64,000 nucleotides of DNA from Epiperipatus broadwayi (taxonomy: Eukaryota > Animalia > Onychophora): contig JAQFVV010000003.1 of assembly GCA_028023455.1 (NCBI GenBank), forward strand, positions 4,030,001-4,094,000, in the 5' to 3' direction. Below are positions 13,500 to 24,599 of the stretch, in pieces (positions within the stretch are counted from its first letter, which is position 1; the number at the start of each line of letters is the position of its first letter). The notes under the pieces were generated by a model, which saw only the letters and a list, made by a program, of their open reading frames with translations, ran no database searches and had not been told where the DNA came from. The position numbers and the translations under genes are program-made.

Positions 13500-14835
13500 C
13501 ATGTTCAGAAAAGGGTTAAAATATATCATCTTTCACACAATATAAAATTTCTTTTTTTATTTTATTAATTTATTACAAGAGAGACCTCTACAAATGTAAA
13601 TGCAAGATTCAACTTTATTAAGATAAGAGCGGCCACACTCTTATCTTCAACCCATTTTTCTAAATATACAGGCAAATCTAAAGCATTTTGATTTGGGAGC
13701 ATGAAGCTAATAAATTCTTCACTGATTAAGTCCACTATTTCTGTTAAATATTAATGATTGTGAAATCTTTCGTTTTACAATGAGTTAATAGACAGATCTT
13801 AAATTTAGAAATATTTTGAATCAATTTAAAGTTGTAAATATTAATTTTTATTAAGCACAATGTCAGCATGTAATACTTAAATAAGGCTAAAACCTTAGTG
13901 CATACACCTTGAGTGCTTAATTTATTATAAGAGAGACCACTACTAGATTCGACTTTATAATTTAAATTTTTTAGATTTTGCAGAGGATGTAATTGTTTTT
14001 GCAAATAATGCTTTAGAGCTGCAGGAAATGTTGCAGGAGTTATCAAATGAAAGTAGGACTAAAGATAAATGTTAAAAAGATTAAAGTAATGTTCAATGAA
14101 TTTTTTCAAAATATGAAAATAAAGATTGATTATGATGAGTTAGAAGTTAACTGCTACAAATACCTTGCTCAGATTATTAATATAGATGGAAACATAATGG
14201 ATGAAATTAATCATAGAATTAAACTTGGTTGGAGTGTTTTTGGTAGAAATAACTTGATACTAAAAAGAAATATGCTTATGTGTTTGAAAAGGAAGGTTTT
14301 TAATAAATGTGTTTTACCAGTTCTTACTTATGGATTTGAGACTTCAACACTTAATAGAAAAGCAATACAGAGACTTTGGATCACTCAAAGAAATATGGAG
14401 AGATGCCTATTAGGAGTAACAAGAAGAGATCAAAAACACAATATATGGATAAGAGAACAAATAGGTGTTACTGACGTCATTGAAAAAATTAAAAGACTAA
14501 GTGGAGTTGGACTGGACATATCACTAGAAGAAATGATAATAGATATAAGAGAACAATCAGGTGTTACTAACCTCATTGAAAAAATTAAAAGACTGAAGTG
14601 GAGTTGGACTGGACATATTGCTAAAAGAGATGATAATAGATGGACAATTGAAATCTTAAATTGAATTCCAAGAGATTGTAAAAGATCCAAAAAGAGACCA
14701 CATGTGAGATGAATTGATGAAATAAGAAAGTGTGTAGGGGTGATGTGGAGAAGAGAAACTAAAGATCAGAGAAGATGGATTGAACTTGTAAAGATCTTCA
14801 TCCTGCCATGGATTGATAATGGTTGATGATGATGA
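13500..14835 (+). mobile_element. RTE-clade LINE, RT and C-terminal part, 5'-truncated
   Basis: FAEDVIVFANNALELQEMLQEL, VGLKINVKKIKVM, YKYLAQ, VFNKCVLPVLTYGFET, LKWSWTGHIAKRDDNRW; (GAT)n tail at 14825-14835. Confidence 0.92.
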
Positions 14836-15964
14836 ATGCTTTCATTATAATGATCATCTTAAACTAAATGTGAAATATTAACTAGTTTTTTAAATTTTGA
14901 TTTGTTTTCTAAAATATAATGTCAATAATCAACTTAAGTCTTATCTACTTGATTTATTAATTAAATGCATAGCAAATAATATGGATTGCATTTATAATTT
15001 AAATTATTAAAAGAAAGACAATTGGATAGATACCTATTGGTGTGTTTTTATTATTCCTTTGACTATTAAAGATAAGTAAAATTATTTCAGTAAATAATTT
15101 TAGAAAATATTTATTTATTTGCATTCTGTTACCAAGGCTAGCTTTTAATGTTTGGATTGCAGTTCCATTACCCATGCTGTCTTCTTTTAAGATTCTATGA
15201 TGACGAACAATGATGTAGGATTTAATGGATTTTATTATAATGATGTCCAATTATTTCTTTTTTATAAACACTGCAATTCATAGCAAATTGAAAGGTTTGA
15301 TGGCTTCAGATGATCATCATAGTATTTGTTGTTATCCATTCTATTTATTCCTGCAGACACTAAATGAGAAGAGTTTATGTCCTTTGTCTTCTATGTAATC
15401 TCTACTTACAGTACATTATAGTTTCTATCAAAAATTCACAGACTGTTGATGAAAAGTAGATAAAATAACAAAATCTTTTTGAAGAAAAAGAAAGTATGTG
15501 TTCTTTTTGCTGAGCTTTTTGTCAGTACTTGATAATAACAATGACACAGTCTTTTAGAATTAACTCATAAAGCATGAAATTTTTACATCTTAATAAAGTC
15601 CATTGTTATTATTCAATATGGCATAAAATCATTTCATTTTAAATTTTAATTCACTCAAAATTCAAATATGTTAAACGTAAGATTTCTAATTGTTTTCTTT
15701 ATAGATATTATGTGTAGACTATAGAAAGATAATAAATGTGATTGTGCACGTCACAGTATATATGATGCAATAGCTAATAATAGAAGATACAATTTTGTTG
15801 GTGAAAAATAGTGATATAAGTATTAATAGTTGCAAGATTTTTCCTTTTTCTTATGTAGATTCCATCAAATAATCTTAAATATCAGCAGTAATTTGTTTTT
15901 TCCCAAGATTATTAAAATTTTGTGTTTAATGCCTTAGGAAAATTAAAGTAATGCCAAATTTATC

Positions 15965-16111
15965 GGTACTTCTTGTTTAGACCATACAAGCCACCTGATG
16001 GTACTATAAATCGGACAATAAAGAAAGGCTGGCCAGGTAATGTTATATTTATGTGTATTAAAATGTGTAAAGCGCCATCAGGCAGCTTGTATCATCTAAA
16101 CAATAACTACC
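15965..16111. mobile_element. 147-bp MITE with 41-bp TIRs starting GG and 8-bp TSD (Merlin-like)
   Basis: TIRs 15965-16005 and 16071-16111 match at 33/41; TSD aatttatc at 15957-15964 and 16112-16119. Confidence 0.85.
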
Positions 16112-16959
16112 AATTTATCATATAGACATACATATTTGTAGCCTAATTTCATTTTTGCAAATTATTGATGCCTGAATTTGTTATTATATTTAAAATTTAC
16201 TAGTTAGTAAAAGAGAGTTCCTTTTAGTGGCAATCCCCTTACCCTCCAGTAATTAGGCTGTAATATTTGTGAGATTAAATGCATTTTTAAGTAAGCTACA
16301 TTAAATGATCTTGAGTATATTATAATTATTTAAAAGCATAAATATTAATTTTAATCACATGTGAATATGTGTATGCATAATCTGTTGAATGCTTGCCACT
16401 TATATGAATAAATATGTAAAGTGAATCCTTTGAATGAATTTAAACTATAGTTTCCTTGAAAAGAATAATTTTATCCATCACTAAAAAGCAATAAATATAA
16501 TTTTGATCCATTTTAGTGTATATAAAAGTCATTTTATGTAAAGTTGAAAAGCCAGGATATATATTGAAAGTAAGTACTTAATCTTTTTCCTGTTGCTATA
16601 AATAGCAATAGAATTTAATATAAATATGGTTTATGTGGAAATAGGAAAGTGTTTAATACTTACTTTTTGAGTGTAAGATATTGAAAAAGAATTAAAATAA
16701 ATTATATGGAAAGTAGGAAAAACTTAAAAAGGAAGGGAAAAAAATAAAGAGTTTTTTTTCTTGCTTAGATCTTTATAACAAAAATGAAAAATATGATAAA
16801 TATGATATTGGAAACTAAAGAAACAGATTTGATTAAAATGAGCTAGAATGAAAAGCAAATGCAATAGTATTGGGAAAATTATGTCATGAATGCAAATTGG
16901 AAAGAAATAATAGATAGGTATGTGATAAACATATTGTGGTATATGATGATTTAATAGAA

Positions 16960-17900
16960 AGGACATTTAATTAAGCCAAATAGTTTTTGGCCATGTATAC
17001 TATGTATAGAAGCCTTTGATTCTGTCTAAGAAGACATTTTATATCACATAAGATAATCTATGCTCATAAAAAATTAGGTTTCTATTATTGTTAAAAATCT
17101 CAAACCTCACAGAGAACTCTCATCATCAATAGGATAGTCATTCTCTACTTATTAAATCAAACCTTTGAAGTTTTAATATTTGAAAATCTAGTTTTCCATT
17201 GTAGAATTATAAAAAATCAATTGCTATAGTGTCAGTGAAATTATTTGCTCAAGAAAATCTCTAAGAAGCATATGCAGAATAGAAGCTCTCTATTCAGATG
17301 GACGTAAAAGATTTTACACTAAGAAATATGCCAAAAACATATGACCATTAAAAGAGACAATTTCTAATAAAAATAAAAAATGAACATTCTGCTTAATAGA
17401 AACATTTCTGATAAAAAGTTATATTGCAAGTAAGACTATAATTATTCAGTCAATGGCATAATTATAATTTTTAGTCCCTATACAATTTTTTTAAAAAAAA
17501 TTCAATTTATAACATATACCTTATTAATTTTTTGAATAAGTATATAGAGTTCATATGCATTGCCTTGTTTTGTTTCATATTAACTATGTCATGGTATCCA
17601 ACTAAAACAGCATCATTGCTCAAATACAGGAAAGCATAATATGTGTGCAGTGATTCAAAATAATTCCATGATATTCCCAAGTTAAGAGACATTATTCATG
17701 GCTATTAAGATAAGATATTGGTCTATAGATCCAATCTAATCAGAAAAAATATTGGATACAGCTACCAAGCTTTAAAAGTTTATTTTGAAATAAGAACCAA
17801 TCATTTGTCAATCAGTTAGATAGTTATATGATACTGCCAAATAAACTCACTAATTCTAAGCAAGCTTCAAAAATATACTTATGTGTTGTGAAAAATTCTT
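16960..17900 (+). mobile_element. Highly decayed LINE RT remnant
   Basis: gaagcctttgattctgtc = EAFDSV, resembling the RT motif KAFDSV; the rest is degenerate and the ends are approximate. Confidence 0.35.
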
Positions 17901-17975
17901 CCTATTTGTTACTTTATTTAATAAACAAAATTAATTAATTGCAATTATTTATTTTCTAACTGCTTATTATTTATA

Positions 17976-18538
17976 ATAACAATCAACCCTTAAGCTATCA
18001 ACAATCTCAACTTGTAGTCAAGGCAACCCTCTTTAACAATAAAGTTGGTAACACCTTTATCTATGGTCTGGTATGTTTATATAGCCACTAAAGATTGAAA
18101 CTTGACCAAGGAGTGTGAGATTAATAATGGAAAAACATTTAAACAAACCTCATTAATCCTGAAAATATAACCTGTTCTGAAAGCAGATTAATAAATAGTC
18201 AATTATAACTTCCATATATGAAAGCAGCCTAATAAATAGTCATTTATAACTTCCAAATTTCATATATAAAGTATATATATATATATTTAAGTGTCATAGC
18301 CAATAATTCAAGATTTTAATAGGTTTATAAAAGTAGATGATAACAATCAATCCTTAAGCTATCGACAAAATAGTCAATTATAAAGATTTGTTTAAAGGTT
18401 TTTGCATTATTTTAATCCCACACTCCTTAATCAAATTGTAATCTTTATCCTTGACTACAGATTGAGATTGTTGATAGCTTAAGGGTTGATTGTTATCAAC
18501 CTATTAAAGCCTTGAATAATTGACTTTATTTATATATG
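17976..18538. repeat. Rearranged foldback cluster of direct and inverted sub-repeats
   Basis: ataacaatcaacccttaagctatcaacaatctcaa at 17976 has an inverted copy ending at 18496 and a partial direct copy near 18340; aaggagtgtgagatt...aaacaaa is inverted at ~18387-18428; ~42-bp tandem duplication at ~18178-18255. Confidence 0.8.
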
Positions 18539-18990
18539 CATACAATGATCATTTATAAATTATATATACAAAATAAATACTAATAAGAGTTAATAATAAA
18601 TTATACACAAATATATGTATGGTAAATTCCATCAATAGAAAGATTGGGATAACTAAGTAAAAAGATTATAATACTTAATCATGATAGTGATGATTTGACA
18701 TTATTTATGGTCTCATTCTTATCATATCTCAAATTTAGAACAATGTTATAAAGTAATATATCATTGTTATTATTTTTAAATATCTTCAAGTTGATGGAAA
18801 ATCTTGTTTTGTCATATGAATTGCATTCCTTCATAATGATTTATGTTTGTTTTCTTAGCTTGCTCAAATATACATTTATTATTGTAATGAAGAAATTAAT
18901 TTGTCTTATTGCTGATCATTTCTTTTATTTTCAATATTAGTATTTGGAGTAATGTCATCATTAACATTATTTTCAAATATTATTGATTCA

Positions 18991-19344
18991 AACAGGCAAA
19001 ATTCCATTTAGTAGTACCACTCAGTGCCAACCAGAATAATCAATGGATGCCAGAAGGCTTGTGTATAAAATCCCTATCTAGTGCCTACTCATCCAATATC
19101 CCTAGACTAGTTTCCTAAGATCTAGGTGCAGTGCTCTCAGATCCAAAGCTCCTCACTGACGAAGGCCATAATCCAGAAACTAATCTGGGAATATTGGATG
19201 AATAGGCACTAGATAGGGATATTATGCACAAGCCTTCTGGCATCCATTGATTACTCTGGTTGGCATTGAGTGGCACTACTGTATGGAGAGTTTTGCCTGT
19301 TTTAATAACAGTAATGTGCTAGCATAAGAAATAGTGATCATGTG
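18991..19344. mobile_element. HHR family 2 insertion with inverted arms and 14-bp TSD (Penelope pLTR-like)
   Basis: Arms ~18991-19115 and ~19176-19300 are inverted copies; direct repeat atattattgattca at 18977-18990 and 19345-19358. Confidence 0.8.
19141..19199 (+). ncRNA. Type-I hammerhead-like motif (family 2), imperfect stem II
   Basis: ATCCAA..CTCA-CTGACGA-AGGCCATAATCCA-GAAAC-TAATC-TGGG..TTGGAT; the sister copies read GAAACTAGTC (palindrome ACTAGT, GUC triplet). Confidence 0.6.
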
Positions 19345-19429
19345 ATATTATTGATTCACTGAGAATAAAGATCTCTCCACATTTAATCCAGTTTATCACT
19401 GGGGTTTTTTCTCCTCACTACACCAACAA

Positions 19430-19980
19430 ATTTTCCTTATCCATCTCATTTGTGATATCTTTCTAAATTTTTTACAATTTCTTTAGATTTAATTTAAATT
19501 TAAACTGTCTATCTACTATTATATCTTCTAGCTGTGTATCTATCCCAGTTCCATTTTAATATTTTAATTGTTTCAATGATATCAGCAATATCTGTTTGTT
19601 GTCTCACCCTCATTTTTGACCTGTTCTTGTTTTTCTAACATACTTTTCTCTATACTTCATTGAGTAAACTGAAAGGTCTTTTTTGCTCTTTTGTTGAGTG
19701 TCAAAGTTTCTGATTCATAAGTAAAGACAAATAAAATATTTAAAAACTTTTTTTTCAAACACATAATAAGCATATTTCTTTTTTATACTAAGTTATTTTA
19801 ATCAAATAAACTCCATTCACGTTTAATTCTATAATTAATTTCATCCATTATGCTACATCTGTATTTGATTATCAATTTTTATTTTATTTTCCTGAAAAAA
19901 AAAAAGACACATTGAACATTACTTTAATCTTTGTAGCATTTATTTTGTCTTTTTTTCTTCTTACCTTCATCTGTAATGTA
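19430..19980 (-). mobile_element. Decayed RTE LINE 3' fragment
   Basis: Minus strand gagacaacaaacagatattgctgatatcattgaaacaattaaaatattaaaatggaactgg is homologous to the 14.45-14.64 kb RTE segment. Confidence 0.75.
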
Positions 19981-20059
19981 GAAGTATTAGTTTTGTCTGA
20001 ACTGTAATGTAATAAAAATAAATATATACAGCATTTATACAGCAAAGTTTTAATGATTA

Positions 20060-20480
20060 GTTTGTCTTATTTTCCTTAACCAGTTTTTGACTGTTATAGG
20101 TTATAGATATAGCAATATTTGTTTGGGGAATGGAAGTGTATAAGTATTGCTTGTGCCAATTTACATATAGTATTATGTAAGTGAATAGGCCATTTCTTAA
20201 ATAATGGAATGCAGGATTCTTTCTTGTTAATGGTGTATTTGTCTTTAGGGATGTGCCATGCTGCCTTAATCTTTTGTTTAGAGTCATTGTATTCCATGCA
20301 GAGGATGTTGACCCATAACCCCATCTGACTATCTCTTTAAAAATCTCAGGCCAAACAAGCAATAAAACCCATTCAATCTTTTTTGAACACTTTTCCTCAA
20401 CTGAACATGCCTTCAATCCCTCCTTAATTAACATTGTATGTATGAAATGCATGACGCTAAATGAAAGATTAAGGAAGTGT
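20060..20480 (-). pseudogene. Probable Penelope-like GIY-YIG endonuclease remnant
   Basis: Minus ORF contains TMTLNKRLRQH and NWHKQYLY, resembling the PLE GIY-YIG pattern YIGxTxxxLxxRLxQH ... NWxKR; the YIG itself is not intact. Confidence 0.45.
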
Positions 20481-20588
20481 GTCACATTTCTAAAAACAAA
20501 TACACAATTATCAAGAAAGAATTCTACATTCTCCTATTTAAAAAATGGCCTATCCACCCTACCTAATGCTACATGTAAATCATATATA

Positions 20589-20602
20589 AGATAGCATGAA
20601 CA

Positions 20603-20642
<40 letters not shown>

Positions 20643-20659
20643 TGTTCATGCTATCTATT

Positions 20660-20695
<36 letters not shown>

Positions 20696-20700
20696 AATAG
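20589..20700. repeat. Two abutting perfect palindromes centred on (AT)n tracts
   Basis: agatagcatgaacaaatatt(at)n aatatttgttcatgctatct at 20589-20656 and ctattacaat(at)n attgtaatag at 20655-20700. Confidence 0.9.
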
Positions 20701-20949
20701 GATGGGGTGGGTGTGATGTTAAAGGGGAGAACCTGGAGTGATGGAACAACATCATCATCAACCCCAAGCAAACAATAATTTACAAATTTGCAAAAGTGTA
20801 TATAAGTAATGAGATATTTAAGGGACAGAATGAGAGAATGAGAACTCTCTGAGAGCATTGAGAGATCAGCCAGCTACTCATAAGAGCAACTACAAGCATA
20901 ATTAACCACCAGCATTATCATTTAAAAAAATAAGTACAAGTAAATACTT

Positions 20950-21630
20950 GAGAGAAATAATCATCCATCATTATCATTGATGGGAATAAACAAATCAGTA
21001 CAATAAATCAGAATAAAATCAACAGACCATCTTGTGGCTGGATTGAAAATGAGTCTTCTTCAGACCAGGCTAACTATTGAGCCTTTGCCAGCTTGGGCAA
21101 TTATTTAAACATAACTTGGATGCACCATTTAAGTGCCCATCCATTAAAATACACAATAATCAGAAATCAAATCAATAATGCTGGGACATTTAAAACATGC
21201 TGATCATCATCAATGCTCTGGCCATTTGTATTGGCCAACTATAAACTTAATTCCTAATGAGGCTAAACTAAAATAAAAGATAGTGCATGAGATTTAAAGA
21301 GTATCCTCTTTTGCGCCAACCAGAGTGATGATTGATCATCTCTGGATGCTCCAAAAGCACTAAATATACATCCCCATTTATCTGTGCACCAGCTCAGAGA
21401 ACACAAAGCTCTATTACTGTATATGACCAAAAGATGATGGAATACAATTTTAACAATTAAATACAAGTTTATTAATAACAAAAAAATAAATGATTAAGGT
21501 CTTATAAGGGTTCTGATTTTGAAAAGTATACATCAAGTTACATGATTAATAAATTAGGTTTACTTAAAACCCATTCAGCAGACAGGCATGTGGCTTGATA
21601 CAAAATTAACATGTTTGAATTAACATTTAA
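20950..21630 (+). repeat. Unclassified dispersed repeat, copy A
   Basis: Collinear reverse-complement homology with ~40480-41290, e.g. catcttgtggctggatt, ttggccaactataaacttaatt, ggtttacttaaaacccattcagc. Confidence 0.85.
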
Positions 21631-22179
21631 TTTAGAAAAATGATCAAAATTTTACACATAAGTGTCTATCTGACACACATTGTTATTTACAATACAATTG
21701 ACATATATACGCACACATATGTGCGTGAATTTTCTGATTTTGATTATAATACAAAATTTCAAATGATCACATTGAGATTTAAGTAATTACTGTTCAACAT
21801 TTAAATTGTTACATTAATTTTCTACTCACTCACTAATCAATATAGGATACTTAGCATGGTTGAGTATGGACCAATTGTCAGAAAAATATTTATTAAACCT
21901 GCCGAAAAAGTTTATTTTTAAGTTTTTCATTCAGATGTGAACCCAATTGTAAGCATGCTATAACAATACACTAGGGTTGGACCATGAGACTTTTTCTTCT
22001 TTGCTATAATAATATAAATGTATTCCTTTTATATTTATTTATACTCCTTTGCATTGGTTATTTGTTCTTTTGTATATTCCTCCAATTGATATCAAAAAAA
22101 AAAAAGTTGTTTCACAAACAATGTATAAAAAGTTGTCAAGCATAAGTCAAAAAAAAAAATAGGTTTGCTATCTAACATT

Positions 22180-22450
22180 AATCTCAAATCAAGATTTCCT
22201 TTTTAGATGTTCAGCCAAAAATCTATAGTGAAAAACTCATGACATAAAAAAATGGAAGTCTTATAATGTTCCAAACAAATTTATTTTTCTAGATACAACA
22301 AAAAAACTAGATGGATTTCATCTTCCTAGAAGCAGAAACTATAAATTACATAGTTAATGGTTGCTGATGGAGGACTTAATAAAACCATTGGTGAATCTAT
22401 TTCCTGGTTAGAATTTCTGCAACTTCCTTTATGATATTTTATTAATAATT
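22180..22450 (+). mobile_element. Second, more deleted copy of the LINE 3' end at 1-520
   Basis: Shared ttccaaacaaattt.ttttt and aataaaacca.tg.tgaatctattt.ctggttagaat. Confidence 0.7.
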
Positions 22451-23297
22451 AACCTGTACAAAATATCATATGATAAATGAATAATATCTTTTAATCTATA
22501 GGACAGATGAATTGGGTATAATTTAATTATTTATTAATTTTTCTCAGCTTTAAGATTACTTTACATATCTAATAATTGTATTTAATAAATATTTTTTCCT
22601 TGCAAAGTTGCTAGATAGCTTCATTGGAGCAAGATTGACCCAACTTAAATATCCATATCCTAATGTATATCTAGAATACAATTAGGTTAGGTTATTATAA
22701 AGATCATGCTCTGCCTAATACTGAGAAGAACATATATCATAATTTAATAAAAATAAATTTGCAAAAAGATATATTTTGACTTATAATGAATTATGGAAGT
22801 AATATATGGCCTGACATTATCTCTAAGGATTACTGTTTTTTTCTACCAATGACTGTTGTTGTAATATAAAAATAGTTGATAATATTATTTCTTTTAGAAA
22901 ACATTATTATAATAATTAGGTAGTAACAAACGTTTTGCTAATGAGATTAAAGGATAATCGCATTCAAATAGTGAGCATGCTATTAAGGACATAGTAGTTA
23001 GTGAATTCTTTGCTATGTCTTTAACTTGGTGTCTGAAACTCATAAAACTTGCAAAGTTTTACAGGTAGCTGAAAATTTTCAAATAAGCTTAAGATTTTTC
23101 TTTCAAAATATAATAATCTGTAACTAATTCAGCTAGCTAGTAAATTATTTATTGATAAATTGGTTAGATAGTTTAGTTTTTCATTATTCTGCAAGAAAAT
23201 TTATTATTTTGAGATGTAATGAATAATTAAATAATTTATATATGTATATGTATTAATACATTGTAGAGGCTTAAACCTGCATTTACAGATGTAATAA

Positions 23298-23658
23298 ATG
23301 CAGGATTTGAACTCAGACTTTCACATGACCCACTACTCTCAATGCTACTAACATGGGTTTTGAACATTCCATCATCAGATTTTCAATAAAATGGAAGGCT
23401 GAAGAGATGTGGGTTAGAGTGGTTTGAAGCCTGTCCATTAAAGTGTGATGATTGGCTATCTTAATATAAAGCTGAGAACTGATTGTATATATGTGTGGAG
23501 ATAATAATCTAGACCAACTGATGATTGCTGGTTTAGCATGAAATATGTATATTGGTGATTATTTATCTTTTCAACATGTATGTGATCAGGTGGGTTAGCA
23601 ATATGAGATGACACTGAGAGTAGTGGGTTGTGTGAAAGTCTGAGTTCGAATCCCGCAT
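23298..23658 (+). mobile_element. HHR family 1 monomer (hammerhead plus tRNA-like A/B box) with an inverted 47-bp copy of its 3' end at the 5' side
   Basis: Homologous to 47200-47520; arms 23298-23344 and 23612-23658 are inverted; A-box-like TGATCAGGTGG at 23583, B-box GAGTTCGAATCCC at 23642-23654. Confidence 0.85.
23504..23562 (+). ncRNA. Minimal type-I hammerhead ribozyme (family 1, copy a)
   Basis: ATAATC-TAG-ACCAA-CTGATGA-TTGCT-GGTTT-AGCAT-GAAA-TATGTA-TA-TTGGT-GATTAT; core intact, base of stem II mismatched. Confidence 0.8.
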
Positions 23659-24599
23659 ATATACATATATTAACTTACATAATACCCTAACTTTAAATAA
23701 AATTGATAATTGACAACTTAACTCTTAAATAAAAGTTAATCACATTAAACTAATTTTTATTCCTTGCAGAAATTTTTTCAAGATGTCTACTACTTCCATG
23801 ATATAATTATTCGATAAGCATTTTCATTTAGTAGTCATCAATGAAATAACATAAATAACAATCTTATCATTTTTTATTCTGTATAGTACATATATCATAT
23901 TTTATAAAATGCAATTTTAAAAGTTTTAAATTACTAACAATAATCATTTTTCACCTAATTATACAGGTTCTTTAATTATGTTAATGTGTTTATCTGGATA
24001 TTCTTGTATATACAAAACTTTATTTGTAATTTTTACCATCTTCTAGAATTTGTATATTCCATTCACAATTCATTCTATGATTTGTATTTAAAAAATGATT
24101 ATCTAATCCTAATTTTGTGTCTTCTTATTTATCACTCTATCTTGTTCCCTTCTCTTTCTTATATAGTTTTCTCTGATTGATTCACATAAATCATATTATA
24201 ACAATCATAATTAATTTTATATACTATTCCCATTTTCCTTCTAATGCCATCTTTATTTTAGCATTACTTATCCATTTACTCTAAGTTCTAGTGATCTTTC
24301 AACCTACCTTTATCTTTTGGAAATTTTTGTTTATTCAGTTTTTTATGCACCTCTACTTCATAATATATCAAAACCGATTTTTTTATTTTCACCTAAATAT
24401 TTTTTACTATTTCATTTATTATTCATATCTTTAATATTTAAAATCCTTTTTTATATCTTTTCTTTCTTTAACAAAATTATTTTCAACTTCTACTTTTTGT
24501 ACGTTTGCTTTTTTTTTTTAAAAAAAGTTAACTTATTGTTTTAAAACCTTTTAGAGTTGCTATCTTTTGAACAATAGCTGATATAAATTAGATTTTTTT

